Below are positions 51,890-64,000 of a stretch of 64,000 nucleotides of DNA, one piece after another (position 1 is the stretch's first letter; each line of letters opens with the position of its first letter). The stretch is from Cetorhinus maximus. Its lineage: Eukaryota. Under the pieces are notes generated by a model. That model made no database searches and was not told the origin of the DNA. It saw nothing but the letters and a program-made list of their open reading frames with translations. Made by a program: the position numbers and the translations under genes. The stretch is from NCBI RefSeq assembly GCF_964194155.1, contig NC_135901.1, positions 5,394,001 to 5,458,000 of the forward strand. Direction: 5' to 3'.

Positions 51890-52320
51890 GGCCGTTACCC
51901 AGCATTCCATACGGTGGAGAATGTCCTCTATTCACATCAGAAGGGACCAGTGCGCAGGCGCGGTGCCCAGTGATTAGAGCATGCGCAGTGGGAGCGCTGG
52001 CGGAGGAGAGAAGCTTCTTTTTTGGATCCGCATTCGGTAAAGTGGGGGGTGGGGAACGGTCGGGCGGAGGAAGCGGTGGATCAGGCGGGTGTTCGGGGAG
52101 GCTTTGTAAATCTGTTGTGTAAGCGGCAAACGCCGAAAAACAACCCGCCGTTCCTCCTTTTGCACAGAGAGGGACAAGAGCTGTAGGTGCGATTTCTCCC
52201 AGTTACAGGCCCCAGATCATGGCCGTCATCTTCAGAGCGGGCAATGCGCAGCAGGGCGCATGCGCGGCCCCCATCTTTATTTGGGGCAATGTGCAGCAGG
52301 GAGCATGCGCGGCTGCAATT
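51890..52320 (+). promoter_or_regulatory. CpG-rich promoter/first exon of the ZNF at 53877
   Basis: ZNF143-like 51896-51913, tgcgcaggcgc, gcatgcgc x3. Confidence 0.7.
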
Positions 52321-52904
52321 TTTTATTGGGAAGATGTTTTTAACGACAGAATTGAAACAACTTGTCCATCAAGCTCTGACCTTTACGCTTTGAGTCTTAA
52401 TGACGAAGCAGAGCAGGAAAGAAAAGGATGCAAATCCTGCTCTCTGATTCCCACTTCCTCATGGACATCCTGCCCCATGTGCCCAAAGATCTGTGGGTCT
52501 ATGCAGTCACATGAAGACCCACGGCAGAAACTCACAACCCTGAGTAGACATGATCCTCGAATCGAGGGAGCACTGATGACGACAAGGGGCAATGTGCAGC
52601 AGGGCGCATGTGTGGTAGGGGGAGAGAATGTTGTGAATTTCTATCCTGGCCTGACAGTGATGGCTTTTGGAAACCTCTTTAACAGGGGGTTAGAAGGGGA
52701 GGATTTACATGCAGCAAACTCAAATCAAGAGAAATGTTTGTCTCTTTTCAATTGCTATCCTTGACAGACACTGATGGTTTTTGTAAACATCTTTTACAGG
52801 GTACTAAAAGAGGATTTGCAGAAAGGAAACTCAAATCAAACACCACATCAAAATCTGACAGCATCACTTGATTCATCAGGACCTGGATGTTATCGGCCTT
52901 TGAG

Positions 52905-53240
52905 TGTAAGCATTTAATTCCAGATCATTACCACTCGCTGTATAAACTTTCTTTGTCACATCTTCCTGTAGATCTTGCCCATGAATCTTAAATCTATTTC
53001 CTGTAATCCTTTTACCCCCATTCAAATAATGGGAACAGCTTTTCTTTATCTACCTTATCTAAACAATCATAAACTTGTACACCTCTATCAAATCTCCTCT
53101 CAATCTCCTTTGCTCCAAGGAGAACAACCCCAGTTTCTCCAACCCAACATTGCAAATAAAATCCCTCATCCCTGGAATCATTCTGGTAAATCTCCTCTGC
53201 ACCCTCTCAAGGACCCTCACATCCTTCATAATGTGTGGTG
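52905..53240 (-). mobile_element. CR1 fragment
   Basis: LERVQRRFTRMIPG..LGLFSLEQRRLRGDL. Confidence 0.8.
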
Positions 53241-53876
53241 ACCACTGGTTTGCACAGACCCAGATGTTCTGTGTTCGTATCTGTGATGTCATCACACACC
53301 GACAATTGCTCGGTGACATTACCCCGTACCCCGGGTATTTCCTCCACTGGGAGATTTTTCTCTGACTCCAGTGCTTCTGATATCTTTCCAGCTGCCGGCT
53401 CCAGCAGAAGACATTAACATTAAAAGCTAAAATTGTTTCAGAGGTGAGTATTTTTGAGCATTTATCTACAACTTAGAGCTTTTAGTTCTATGCTCTGTTA
53501 TCTGTGAGAGGGTCCATGGCTCTGGGGCTGGTGTGGCTCCTTTGCTGTGGATCAGAACCCATGTCCATCCATTGCTCTGTTTCACCACTGTTCTCTCTGA
53601 TAATCTCTCTGCTATTGGCTAACTTCCTCTCCCTCTAATAATGGGTGTATTTTGACCTTGTTTAACATTTTACTGGCACTTCTGCAGACTTTACTTTCAC
53701 AAACTACCTTTGTGTTTTTGTGGATTCTCTCTCGCTCTTTTTTTTCTGATTTAAATCAATTTCACAGGGTATTAGAAGGGGAGGATTTGCAGTCAGGAAA
53801 CTCAAACCAAACATCACATCAGAATCTGATGGAGTCACCCAATTAATCGTAACCTGAATATCATCAGAATTTGGAC

Positions 53877-54746
53877 ATGGAAGGAAAAAGCACTGTTCAT
53901 AGTGGAGAGAAACTGTACACATGTTCTGTTTGTGGACGAGGCTTCAATCGATCATCTGACCTGTCAAAACATAAATGCAGTTACAATAGGGAGAAGCCGT
54001 GGAAATGTGGGGACTGTGGGAAGGGATTCAATTGCCCATCTGACCTGGAAACACATCGGCGTATTCATACTGGGGAGAGGCCGTTCACCTGCTCTGAATG
54101 TGGGAAGGGATTCACCACCTCATCCCACCTGCTGACTCACCAGCGAGTTCACACTGGAGAGAGGCCGTTCAGCTGCTCCGTGTGTGGGAAGGGATTCACT
54201 CAGTCAACCCATCTGCTGACACACAAGCGTACTCACACTGGGGAGAGGCCATTCACCTGCTCTGTATGTGGGAAGGGATTCAGTGATTCATCCAACCTGT
54301 TGATACATCAGCGATTTCACACTGGGGAGAGACCTTTCACCTGCTCCAAGTGTGGGAAGGGATTTGCCCAGTCATCCCATGTGCTGAGACATGAGCGAGT
54401 TCACACCGAGGAGAGACCTTTTAAATGCCCAGACTGTGGGAAGTACTATAAGGGTTCCGGGGAACTGATGTGCCATCAACGTGTTCACACTGGGGAGAGA
54501 CCATTCAGGTGTTCTCACTGCGGGACTGGGTTCAGGGAATCATCTCATCTCATTGTACACCAGCGCACTCATACTGGAGAGAGGCGGTTCTCATGCTCCG
54601 AGTGTGGGAGGAGATTCAATCATGCATGCACCCTTCTGAGACACCAGCAAGTTCACACTGGGGAGAGGCCGTTCACCTGTTCCATGTGTGGGAAGAGGTT
54701 TGGTAGGTCATCCACTCTGCTGAGACACCAGCAAGTTCACAAGTAA
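53877..54746 (+). CDS. Intact single-coding-exon C2H2 zinc-finger protein (289 aa, 10 fingers, no KRAB/SCAN)
   Basis: gacATGG start, uninterrupted CxxC..HxxxH TGERPF array, stop, AATAAA at ~54867. Confidence 0.88.
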   Translation: MEGKSTVHSGEKLYTCSVCGRGFNRSSDLSKHKCSYNREKPWKCGDCGKGFNCPSDLETHRRIHTGERPFTCSECGKGFTTSSHLLTHQRVHTGERPFSCSVCGKGFTQSTHLLTHKRTHTGERPFTCSVCGKGFSDSSNLLIHQRFHTGERPFTCSKCGKGFAQSSHVLRHERVHTEERPFKCPDCGKYYKGSGELMCHQRVHTGERPFRCSHCGTGFRESSHLIVHQRTHTGERRFSCSECGRRFNHACTLLRHQQVHTGERPFTCSMCGKRFGRSSTLLRHQQVHK

Positions 54747-55289
54747 CCACAGTTATTGGATTTTGCTGTTAATCACATCCCAGACAGAGCCATGTTCATG
54801 GGGTCTGTTTTTGCTGATGTCAAACTCTAGCCCAGTTATGGTGGTGAATATTCAGGATAAAAGTCAAATAAATCAGCTTTGTGTTAAATATAGTGTTTCA
54901 GCTCTTTTTAATAACTAACATAAGTTGGTTCTTTTTGAAGTGCTCTCCCTCTCCCCTGTCTCCTTCATCATCATCTCCAGCAACAAGTGGGTGGAGGTCA
55001 TGGAGCTTCTTTGTCACTAAGATTGAGACAATCCAATCAGCTCCCACCGCCGCTTCCCTCCCTTCCACTCGCTCATCGGACCAAAATGCCTGTAAAGTTG
55101 CCCCTTGTCTGAGCCCTAAAATCACATTTTTCTCTATTTTTCCCCTATGTCACCTCATGCTTTCAGAGCTCATCTTGCCCCTGAGACCAGCCTCCTCTCT
55201 CGATCCTAGCACCACTAAACTGCTGATCACCTAACTTGCCCATGTTCACTGATATTGTTCGTGATTCTCTGTCCTTGGATACCGGGATT

Positions 55290-55830
55290 AAAAGAACATA
55301 GGAGTGGGCCATTTGGCCCCACAGAGCCTGCTCTGCCAGTCAATAAGATCAGGGCTGATCTGACTGTCGCCTCAACTCCACTTTCCTGCCTATCCCCCCA
55401 TAACCCTGGACTCCTTGGTAGATCAAACATCTTGTCTAATACAGCAGTGAATATATTCAATGACCCAGCCTCCACTGCTCTCTGGGGAAGAGAATTCCAA
55501 TGATTCATTATCCTGTGAGGGAAGAAATTCCACCTCATCTCAGCCTTCAATGTGAGACCCCTTATTCTGAAACTGTGCCCCCTAGTTCTAGATTCACCCA
55601 AGAGCGGAAACATCCTCTCAGCATCCTCCCTATCAAGCCACCAGCAGTATCTTCTATGTTTCATTAAGATCATCTCTCATTCTTCTCAACTCCAATGGAA
55701 TCAGATCCAACCTATTAATGCCTTCCTCAGAAGACAAACCCTTTCATCCCAGGAATCAGCCTAGTCAACATTCTCTGAACTGCTTCCAGTGCAAGTAAGT
55801 CCTTCCTTAAGTATTGAGACCAAAATTGTA
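55290..55830 (-). mobile_element. CR1 LINE 3' fragment
   Basis: ERMFPLLGESRTRGHS..WNSLPQRAVEAGSLNIF. Confidence 0.85.
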
Positions 55831-55869
55831 CAAAGTACGTCCGATCAAAATGTCCATCTGACTTTTACA

Positions 55870-56365
55870 CAGGGAACATGTGGAACCGAGTTTGGATTTC
55901 AGCCCAGGGAGGAGGGAGAGTTTGGGATAGGGATTTACAGCTTTGGGGAAACAAAAGAGGAAAAATTGTTCCATAGAAACTATAATTTCTATCCTATACA
56001 TACAGTGATTACGTTTCTAACCTCCTTTTACAGGGTATGAGAAAGGCAGGATTTGCAGATTCACAATGGGAGAAACCGTACAAGTTTCGTGCGTGAACGA
56101 GGCTTCAACTGACCATTAACCTGGAGGGACAAAAGGATACCTACACCATGGTGAAACCATGGAAATATCTGGACTGTGGAAAGGATTCAATTACCCATCT
56201 GAGCCTTGAAAGTCATCAGTGCAGTCACAGCACGGAGAGACTGTTTCCCCGCTCTATGCGCTGGAAGGGATTCAGTCAGTCACCCTAATGCTGAGACACA
56301 GTGAGCTCACATGTGACTGCAGGAGTTGGATTCTGGTGTTATTACTGTTGTTAATCACACCCAAC
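55870..56365 (+). pseudogene. Collapsed zinc-finger gene remnant
   Basis: Same intron end/acceptor as 43105, accatggtgaaaccatggaaa, and the shared 3' UTR gtgactgcagg..ttggattctg. Confidence 0.7.
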
Positions 56366-56369
56366 AACT

Positions 56370-58370
56370 TGCCTTCATTTAACACATTTACCAGAGGAGA
56401 ATTCTCCCAAGGAGAACTATCAAATGAAATTTGGCAGAGCCACATACAGAGAAATTAGGACAGGCGGCCAAAAGAATGATTAAAAAGTTCAATTTTAAGC
56501 AGCTTAAGGAGGGAGGTGGGTGAGGGAGGTTACAAAGGGAGGGACCGACGAGGTGATGCACTGATTGAAAACAAGGATGATCATTTTAAATTTGATGTGT
56601 TGCTACACCAGGAGCTAATGCGTGCAGTGAGAATGGGGTGATAGGTGAATGGGATTTGGTCTGTTAGGACATAGATAACAAAGTTTTGGATGACCTTGAG
56701 TTTTCTGATCCATTACCATTTAGAAGGACAAGGGCAGCAGACAGATGGGAACACCACCACCTAGAAGTTCCCCTCTAAGCCACTCGCCATCCTGACTTGG
56801 AAATATATTGCCGTTCCTTCACTGTCGCTGGGTCAAGATCCTGGAACTCCCAACCTAACAGCACTGTGGGTGTACCTACACCACATGGGCTGCAGCGGTT
56901 CAGGAACACAGCTCACCAATAAATGCTGGCCTAACCAGCGACGTCACATCCTATTAAAGGATAAAAAAAAGTGTGGGGGGCCGGCCAGGAGTATGTTGGA
57001 ATAGTTCAGTCTCGAGGTAACAAAAGGATGGGGTGAGGTTCTAAATGAGCTGTGGCAGGGGTGGAGCCGGGTGATGTTACAGAGGTGGAAGGAGGTGGTA
57101 TTAGTGATGGAGCAAATCTGTGGTCAGTTGCTAATCTCAGGGTCAGATCTGAATCAAAGCTGTGAAAAGTCTGGTTTATTCTCAGACAGTTGCCAGGGAG
57201 AAGGTTGGGAATGGAGGTTGGTCAGTAGGTTGGGAATGGAATTTGGAGCAGGGGACCATAAACAATGTCATCAGCCTTTTCAACATTCAATTGTAGGAAA
57301 TTTCTGAAGGTCCAGTACAGGATGATGGATAAGCAGTCTGATCATTTAGTAACAGTGGAGGAGTCAAGAGAGATGGTGGAGTAATCTGCATAATGTGAAA
57401 TCAAACACTTTTTTCAGATGACATCCTTCAGGGGCAGCATGTAGATTGAAATAGGACAGGCCAAGGATAGATCCTCAGGAATACCAGAGGTAACTGTGTG
57501 GGAGAGAGAAGAGAAACATTGTGGGCAGTACTCTGGCTGCCAATAGATAAGCAACGAGCCAGGAGAGAGCAGTCCCACCAGCTGGACAACAGTGAAGAGA
57601 TGCTGCTTGATCAGGAGCCAATGTAGGTCAGTGAGACCAGAGGTGATAGGTGAATGGGATTTGGCAAAGGAGGATTGTGTGGTAAACCATGTCAAAGGCT
57701 GCAAACAGACCAAGAAGGACAAGGAGGAATAGCTCATCTCTGTCAGTTATATGGGATTTGTTTTGTGACTTTGATAAGAGCTGGTTGGTTACTGTGATCG
57801 AAGGGCAGGACTCTGCTGGGAGGGATTGAAACATGGAATTCCAGGAAAGATGGGAACGGATTTGGGAGGCGACAAAATGTTCTCAGACTTCGGGGAGGTG
57901 AGAGATGGGGCAGTAGTTTGCAAGGACAATGGAGTTGTGTTCTTTGAGGATGGGGGTGATGACAGCAGATTTAAAGGAAAGTAGGAAATCACCTGATGAG
58001 AGAGAACCAGCAACAATATCTGGTAAGGTGGGGTGTTTGGGCAGTCAGTAGTTCAGTGGGAATAAGGTTCGGGGAAGAGGAAATAGGTCTCATGGACAAG
58101 ATTAGACCTGAGAGGGCATGAGAGGAGATTGGAGAGAAATTAAAAAAAGATGAGAGTTCAGGGCTCAGACAAGGGGGAACTTCAGAGACAGTTTTGTCCA
58201 GTGTGTTAGTGGAAGGCAGGGAAGTAGCAGAGGCAGCTGATCAGATTGTCTCAATCTTAGTGACAATGAAGCTCCACGAGCTCCTCACACTTGTTGGAGC
58301 TGAGGGTATTAGAGGTGGGGAGAGGGAGAGTAATTCAGAAGGAACTAACTTGTGTTGGAGATATTAAAAA
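56370..58370 (-). mobile_element. L2-clade LINE, decayed
   Basis: LLVLLGLFAAFDMVYHTILL; FFVTKIETI-type segment also at ~27640 and ~55010. Confidence 0.72.
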
Positions 58371-58557
58371 GACTCAACACACTGTGTGTTTAACACAAAG
58401 CTGATTTATTTGACATTTATCCACAATGTTAATGCCCATTACTGGGCTGGAATTTATTAACATCCACAGAAACAGATTCAAATTAACAGAGTTCAGTCTT
58501 GAATGTGATTAACAGAAAAATCCAATCATTGTAGTTACTCATGAACTCGCTAGCATC

Positions 58558-59571
58558 TCAGCAGGGTGGATCACCAAGTGAATCCGTTCCCACACTCGGA
58601 GCAGGTGAACAGCCTCTCCCCATGTGAACTCGCTGGTGATTCAGCAGGTGGGATGACCGGGTGAATTTCTTCCCACACTCGGAACAGGTGAACGGCCTCT
58701 CCCCAGTATGAACTCGCTGGTGATTCAGCAGGGTGGTTGACTGAGCAAATCCCTTCCCACACTCAGAGCAGGTGAACGGTCTCTGTCCAGTGTGAATCCG
58801 CCGGTGTACAGTGAGTTGTGATGAGTGCTTGAACCCAGTCCCACAGGAGGAGCACTTGAACGGTCTCTCACCAGTGTGAATTCGCTGGTGTGCGGTTAGT
58901 TCAGACGATCGAATGAACCCGGTCCCGCAGTGAGAGCACCTGAATGGTCTCTCATCAGTGTGAACACGTTGATGGGACATCAGTTCCCCGGAGCTTTTAT
59001 AGCACTTCTCACAGTCTGGACATTTAAAAGGTCTCTCCCCGGTATGAACTCTCTCATGTCTCAGCACATGGGACAATTGAGTGAATCTCTTCCCACACAC
59101 ATAGCAGGTGAATGGCCTCTCACCAGTGTGAATTCGCTGGTGTACAGTGAGTTGAAACGATCCCCTGAACCCAGTCCCACAGTGAGAGCACCTGAACGGT
59201 CTCTCATCAGTGTGAACACGTTGATGGTACATCAGGTCCCCAGAACTTCTATAGCATTTCCCACAGTCTGGACATTTGAAAGCTCTCTCCCCAGTGTGAA
59301 CCCGCTGGTATGTCAGCAGGTTGGATGACTGAATGAATCCCTTCCCACACTCAGAGCAGGTGAATGGCCTCTCCCCAGTGTGAATTCGCTGGTGTGTTAA
59401 CAGGTCGGATAGCCGAGTGAATCCCTTTCCACATTCGAAGCAGGTGAACGGCCTCTCCCCAGTGTGAATGCGTCGATGAGCTTCCAGCTCAGACGGGTAA
59501 CTGAACCTCTCCTCACATTCCCCACATTTCCACAGTTTCTCCCCACTGTAAACGGTGCTTTTTCCTTCCAT
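58558..59571 (-). CDS. C2H2 zinc-finger protein, 11 intact fingers, frameshift before the last finger
   Basis: [16 protein letters not shown].. open for 337 aa; 1-nt loss in last linker (HMGRG). Confidence 0.75.
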   Translation of the reverse strand: MEGKSTVYSGEKLWKCGECEERFSYPSELEAHRRIHTGERPFTCFECGKGFTRLSDLLTHQRIHTGERPFTCSECGKGFIQSSNLLTYQRVHTGERAFKCPDCGKCYRSSGDLMYHQRVHTDERPFRCSHCGTGFRGSFQLTVHQRIHTGERPFTCYVCGKRFTQLSHVLRHERVHTGERPFKCPDCEKCYKSSGELMSHQRVHTDERPFRCSHCGTGFIRSSELTAHQRIHTGERPFKCSSCGTGFKHSSQLTVHRRIHTGQRPFTCSECGKGFAQSTTLLNHQRVHTGERPFTCSECGKKFTRSSHLLNHQRVHMGRGCSPAPSVGTDSLGDPPC

Positions 59572-60229
59572 GTTCAAAATCTGATGACATTCAGGTTACG
59601 ATAAATTGAGCGACTCCATCAGATCCTGATGTGATATTTGCTTTGAGTTTCCCAAAGTGCAAATCCTCCCCCTCTAATACTCTGTGAAGTTGATTTAAAA
59701 CAGAAAAAATGGGAGTGAGAGAGAACCCACAAAAACACAAAGGCAGGTTGTGAAATTGAGCTAAATGAATCTGGTCATTTGTGGAGCTGACAGTAACAAA
59801 AGTGACCATGAAATCTGCTGGATTGTCATAACAACCCAACTTTTTCACTGATGTCTTTCAGGGAAGGGAACCTGCCATCAACACTGGGCCTACACAAGTC
59901 TCTGGCCTCTATGGGGGGGAAGAGGGAGAAAGAGAAAGGGTGAGAGGGGTAGCAAGAAAAAGAGGAGGCAGAGGGTGAAAGGGAGGGATTTTATATATCT
60001 ACAGCTCAACTAGAACTTTGACAGAATCTCCCAAATCCTCAACCTCCACGAACTAAAAGGACGAGGGGAGCAGGTGTATGTGAACACCATCACCTCCAAG
60101 CTTCCCTCCAGGTACTGCAGTGGTTCAAGAAGGTGGCTCACTCCCACTTTCTCAAGGGCAATTAGGGATGGGTAATAAATGCTGGCCCAGCCTGCAACTT
60201 CCATAAATGAATTTTAAAAAGTCCGAGTC

Positions 60230-61210
60230 ACACACCGTGCAGATTTGTCTGACATCCAGCACTGGATGAGCAGAAATCTCCTCCATTTAAATATTCCTTC
60301 CCTGCCACTGGGTCAAAATCCTGGAACTCCCTTCTTAACAGCACTGTGGGTGTACCTACACCACATGGACTGCAGTGGTTCAAGAAGGCAGCTCACCACC
60401 ACCTTCTCAAGGGCAATTAGGGATAGGCAATAAATGCTGGCTGAGCCACCAATGCTCACATTATTTACCTTCAGTGCATACTACAAATTCCACTCCCTAA
60501 CCACTGACTCTCCCCCTCTACTTGGCAACTGCCTGAGGCTGAATCACACTGTTTACAATTGCGAGATGAGCTTACAGCCACATATCCGCATCAACACCAA
60601 GACCACCTATTTCCGCCTCAGTAACATCACCCGACTCCGCCCTAGTCTCAGTTTATCTGCTGTTGAAAACGTCATCCATTCATTTGTTACCTGTAGTCTA
60701 AATTATCCTAATGCATACCCAACTGGCCTACAACATTCAACTCCATCCTCCCACCCCCAGAATCTTGAGGTCATCCAAAACTCTGCTACTCGTGTGCTTA
60801 CTCACACTCAGTCTTGTTCACACATCACCCCTGTGCTCACTGACTGACAAAGGCTCTCATTTTAAAAGCACCAAAACTTTAAAATTCTCATGTTTTCCTC
60901 CATGGTTGTGATGATCCCAATCTCTGTATTCTCCTCCAGCCACAGCCCTTGCCGCCCCCTCGCCAGGATCTCTACACTGATCTAATTCCAGCCACTTGAG
61001 CATTCCCGATTTTAATCGCTCCACCATCAGTGACTGTTCCTTCAGTTGCCTAGGCCACAGCTTTATGCCTCACTCTTCATCTTTAAAATACTCCTTAAAA
61101 CCTACCTCTTTGACAAACCTTTGGTCACCTGCCCTAATATGGCTCATCTGGCTCAGTGTCAAACGTTACTTTGTAATATTTCTGTGAAATGCCTTGGAAA
61201 ATTTTATTAT
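60230..61210 (+). mobile_element. L2-clade LINE 3' fragment with nested SINE/LINE tail
   Basis: DIQHWMSRNLLHLN, YFRLSNITRLRP, IQNSATRVLT, LLKTYLF. Confidence 0.8.
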
Positions 61211-61329
61211 TGTCACTGCCTTGGACATATATCGTTGATTTCCCTCATCAATTACACGTTGTAACTCAAAGTGTGAAGCAGCTTGATAGACATTTGTCCT
61301 CATTCAGTCATTGGGAACATTTCAAAAAA

Positions 61330-61710
61330 TGCCCACAATAAAGATGGCGTTCGCGCATGCGCCCTGCTGCGCATTGCCCACAATAAAGATGGCGACCGTT
61401 ACCCCGGGGCTGCAATCGGAAGAAAACTGCCGACCTGGCTCCGTGCAAAAGTGAGAACGCTAAATTCTTTTTCGGATTACGCAACATGTTTACGAAACCT
61501 TTACGCCTACCCACCGGATCCATCGATTCCTCCGTCCCCTTACTTTCACCCTTACCGATCCGGATCCAACAAACAACCTCTTTCCATCGCCATTACCCGC
61601 TCCGCGCATGCTCCAATGTTTTTCCCCACTGCGCCTGCGCACTGCTTTCCTGTGATGTGGATCGGGGATATTCCCCACCGTGGGGGATGATGGGTGAAGG
61701 CCTCGCCATT
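61330..61710 (-). promoter_or_regulatory. CpG-rich promoter/first exon of the ZNF at 59571
   Basis: ZNF143 consensus match 61679-61696, NRF1 tgcgcctgcgca and gcgcatgcgc, YY1 AAGATGGCG x2. Confidence 0.72.
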
Positions 61711-61769
61711 GAAAGTACAAATTATTGTATCGCGATTTGTTTTCCTGGTGTGGTACGGAGACTGGGGCA

Positions 61770-63100
61770 GGAGGATCAAATAATAAACTTAGGAAACAAA
61801 TTAAATCGTTATATTATATTGAAATTTTTGGAGAAAACTCTGAAGGAGAGAATCTAACTCCACTTGGAGAGGCAAGGTTTGATCAGGGATAGTCAGCATA
61901 GCTTTGTCAGAGGGAGGTCATACCTAACAAATTTAATTGAATTTTTTGAAGAGGTGACCAGGTGTGCAGATCAGGGTAGTGCAGTTGATGTAGTTTATAT
62001 GGATTTCAGCAAAGCCTTTGACATGGTTTTGGCTTGTAGAAGGCAGAGGGTGATGACAGAAGGATGCTTTAGTGACTGGAAGCCAGTGTCCAGTGGCGTA
62101 CCACAGGGATCTGTGCTTGGTCCACTATTATTCGTCATTTATATAAACGACATGGATGACTATGTAGGGGGTAGGATTAGTAAGTTTGCGGATGACACAA
62201 AGATTGGCCGGGTGGTTAACAGTGAGGTTGAGTGTCTTGGGCTACAGGAAGAAATAGACGGGATGGTCAAATGGGCAGATAAGTGGCAGATGGAATTTAA
62301 CCCTGAAAAGTGTGAGGTGATACACTTTAGAAGGAGTAATTTGACAAGGAAGTATTCAATGAACAGCATGACATTGGAAGTTCTGAAGAACAAAGGGACC
62401 TTGGCGTGTGTGTCCATAGATTTCTGAAGGCGACGGGGCATGTTAGTGGGGTGGTGAAAAAGGCATTTGGGACACTTGCCTTTATCAATCGAGGCATAGG
62501 TTACAAAAGTAGGGAGATCATGTTGGAGTTGTAGAGAACCTTGGTCAGGCCGCAGCTGGAGTACTGTGTGCAGTTTTGGTTGCCACATTATAGGAAGGAT
62601 GTAATTGCACTGGAGGGGGTGCAGAGGAGATTCACCAGGATATTGCCCTGGGATGAAACATTTAAGTTATGAAGAGAGGTTGGATAGACTTGAGTTGTTT
62701 TTGTTGGAGCAGAGAAGACTGAGGGGTGACCTGATCAAGGTGTACAAGATTATGAGGGACATGGACAGGGTGGATAGGGAGCAGCTGTTCCCCTTAGTTG
62801 AAGGGTCAGTCACAAGGGGGCATGAGTTCAAGGTGAGGGGCAGGAGGTTTAGGGGGGATATGAGGAAGAATATTTTTTCCCAGAGAGTGGTGACGCTGGA
62901 ATGCGCTGCCTGGGAGGGTGGTGGAGGTTGCCTCACATCCTTTAAAAAGTACCTGGATGAGCACTTGGCACATCATAACATTCAAGGCTATGGGCCAAGT
63001 GCTGGTAAATGGGATTAGGTAGGTAGGTCAGGTGTTTCTCATGTGTCGGTGCAGACTCGATGGGCCGAAGGGCCTCTTCTGCACTGTGTGATTCTGTGAT
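61770..63100 (+). mobile_element. CR1 LINE RT and 3' end
   Basis: YMDFSKAFD, GVPQGSVLGP, KFADDTK; tail gtgattctgtgattct. Confidence 0.92.
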
Positions 63101-64000
63101 TCTGAAACCCAATTGCGCGGACCCTCCATTATCCAGCAGAAAGAAGGAGAATGTGATTTAGTGGAAAATAGAGAATCTCCAAAGAGCAGCAATAACAGCA
63201 GAATCCAACTCCTACAGTCACATATGAACTTACTAGTGCCCCAGCAGGCGGGAAGAACAACTGAATCGCAGCCCACAAACACAACATTTAAAAAGCCTCT
63301 CTCTACCAGGTGGGAAAATTCAGTCAATCCTTTCACACGTGTAAATTATCCAAATGGTCTGTCACAATGTGGCTATGCTGCCATATCCTGTCAGCTCTGA
63401 AAATCCTCCCCCTGGTGCGACTACGCAAGAGTTTCCATCTCAAATGGCAAAGGAATCACTCCTCACAGTCAACAACAACAAAAATCTGCATTTATAGAAC
63501 ACCTTTACTTTAATAAAACATCCCAAGATGCTTAACATGGGTGAAATTGTAGCAGTGTTTTTGGGACCAAATTAAAGACAAAAACACAATTTCCATACAA
63601 TAAAAATGGAAACGCACACATTTTAGCAACATAAATCCATGGCTCTGTTAAATGGTTCATCACATTGTATAACATTCCTATGGTTGTAAAACAGCAGATA
63701 ATCTGGCTCAGTATGATCTGTGCTTTGGTAGATCTGCTGTGAATATAACACATAGGGAATAGCTGCGCATTTCATATTTGTTCTATCACATACATTTACT
63801 TTAATCAAATGTCTTGAAGCTGATTGTCTCCCAGGCTAATTTATTCAAAAGCCTTAATAACCAGTGTTTCTTGTTTCTCAATTTTTTTCTACAGCTCCAG
63901 CATTCATCTGACCCCATTGTTATTTCTCACTTCTGTTTTCAATCACTGTTCTCTTCAATATCCTTTTTCATAATCCACTTCCCATCTGTGTCCACCCAAC

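Noticed and set aside
53392-53443. Possible small non-coding exon (ttccag|...|gtgagt) in the 54k ZNF gene
   Set aside because: Splice motifs only; not recognised in the paralogous units

Overview
Eukaryotic, intron-containing DNA from a cartilaginous fish (shark-type; species not determinable). The left part (1-13 kb) is the 3' portion of one IgM heavy-chain cluster on the + strand. It holds the presumed J-C intron with simple repeats and a 1.7-kb G-rich 24-bp tandem array, then CH1-CH4, the secretory tail, TM1 and TM2, all with intact frames and splice sites. No V, D or J segment is visible. The middle (15-27 kb) is a tRNA-gene zone: degenerate Thr-like, Leu, Val and Glu copies, plus a ~1.7-kb tandem unit carrying tRNA-Val, where one copy has an ACC anticodon. 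The right part (27-64 kb) is a cluster of KRAB-less C2H2 zinc-finger genes and pseudogenes with duplicated ZNF143/NRF1/YY1-type CpG promoters. It is interleaved with CR1, L2, RTE and Penelope retroelements, about nine minimal hammerhead-ribozyme motifs, and an RPL37 processed pseudogene whose empty site survives in a paralogous segment. Ig exon and tRNA coordinates were read by hand; repeat boundaries are approximate.
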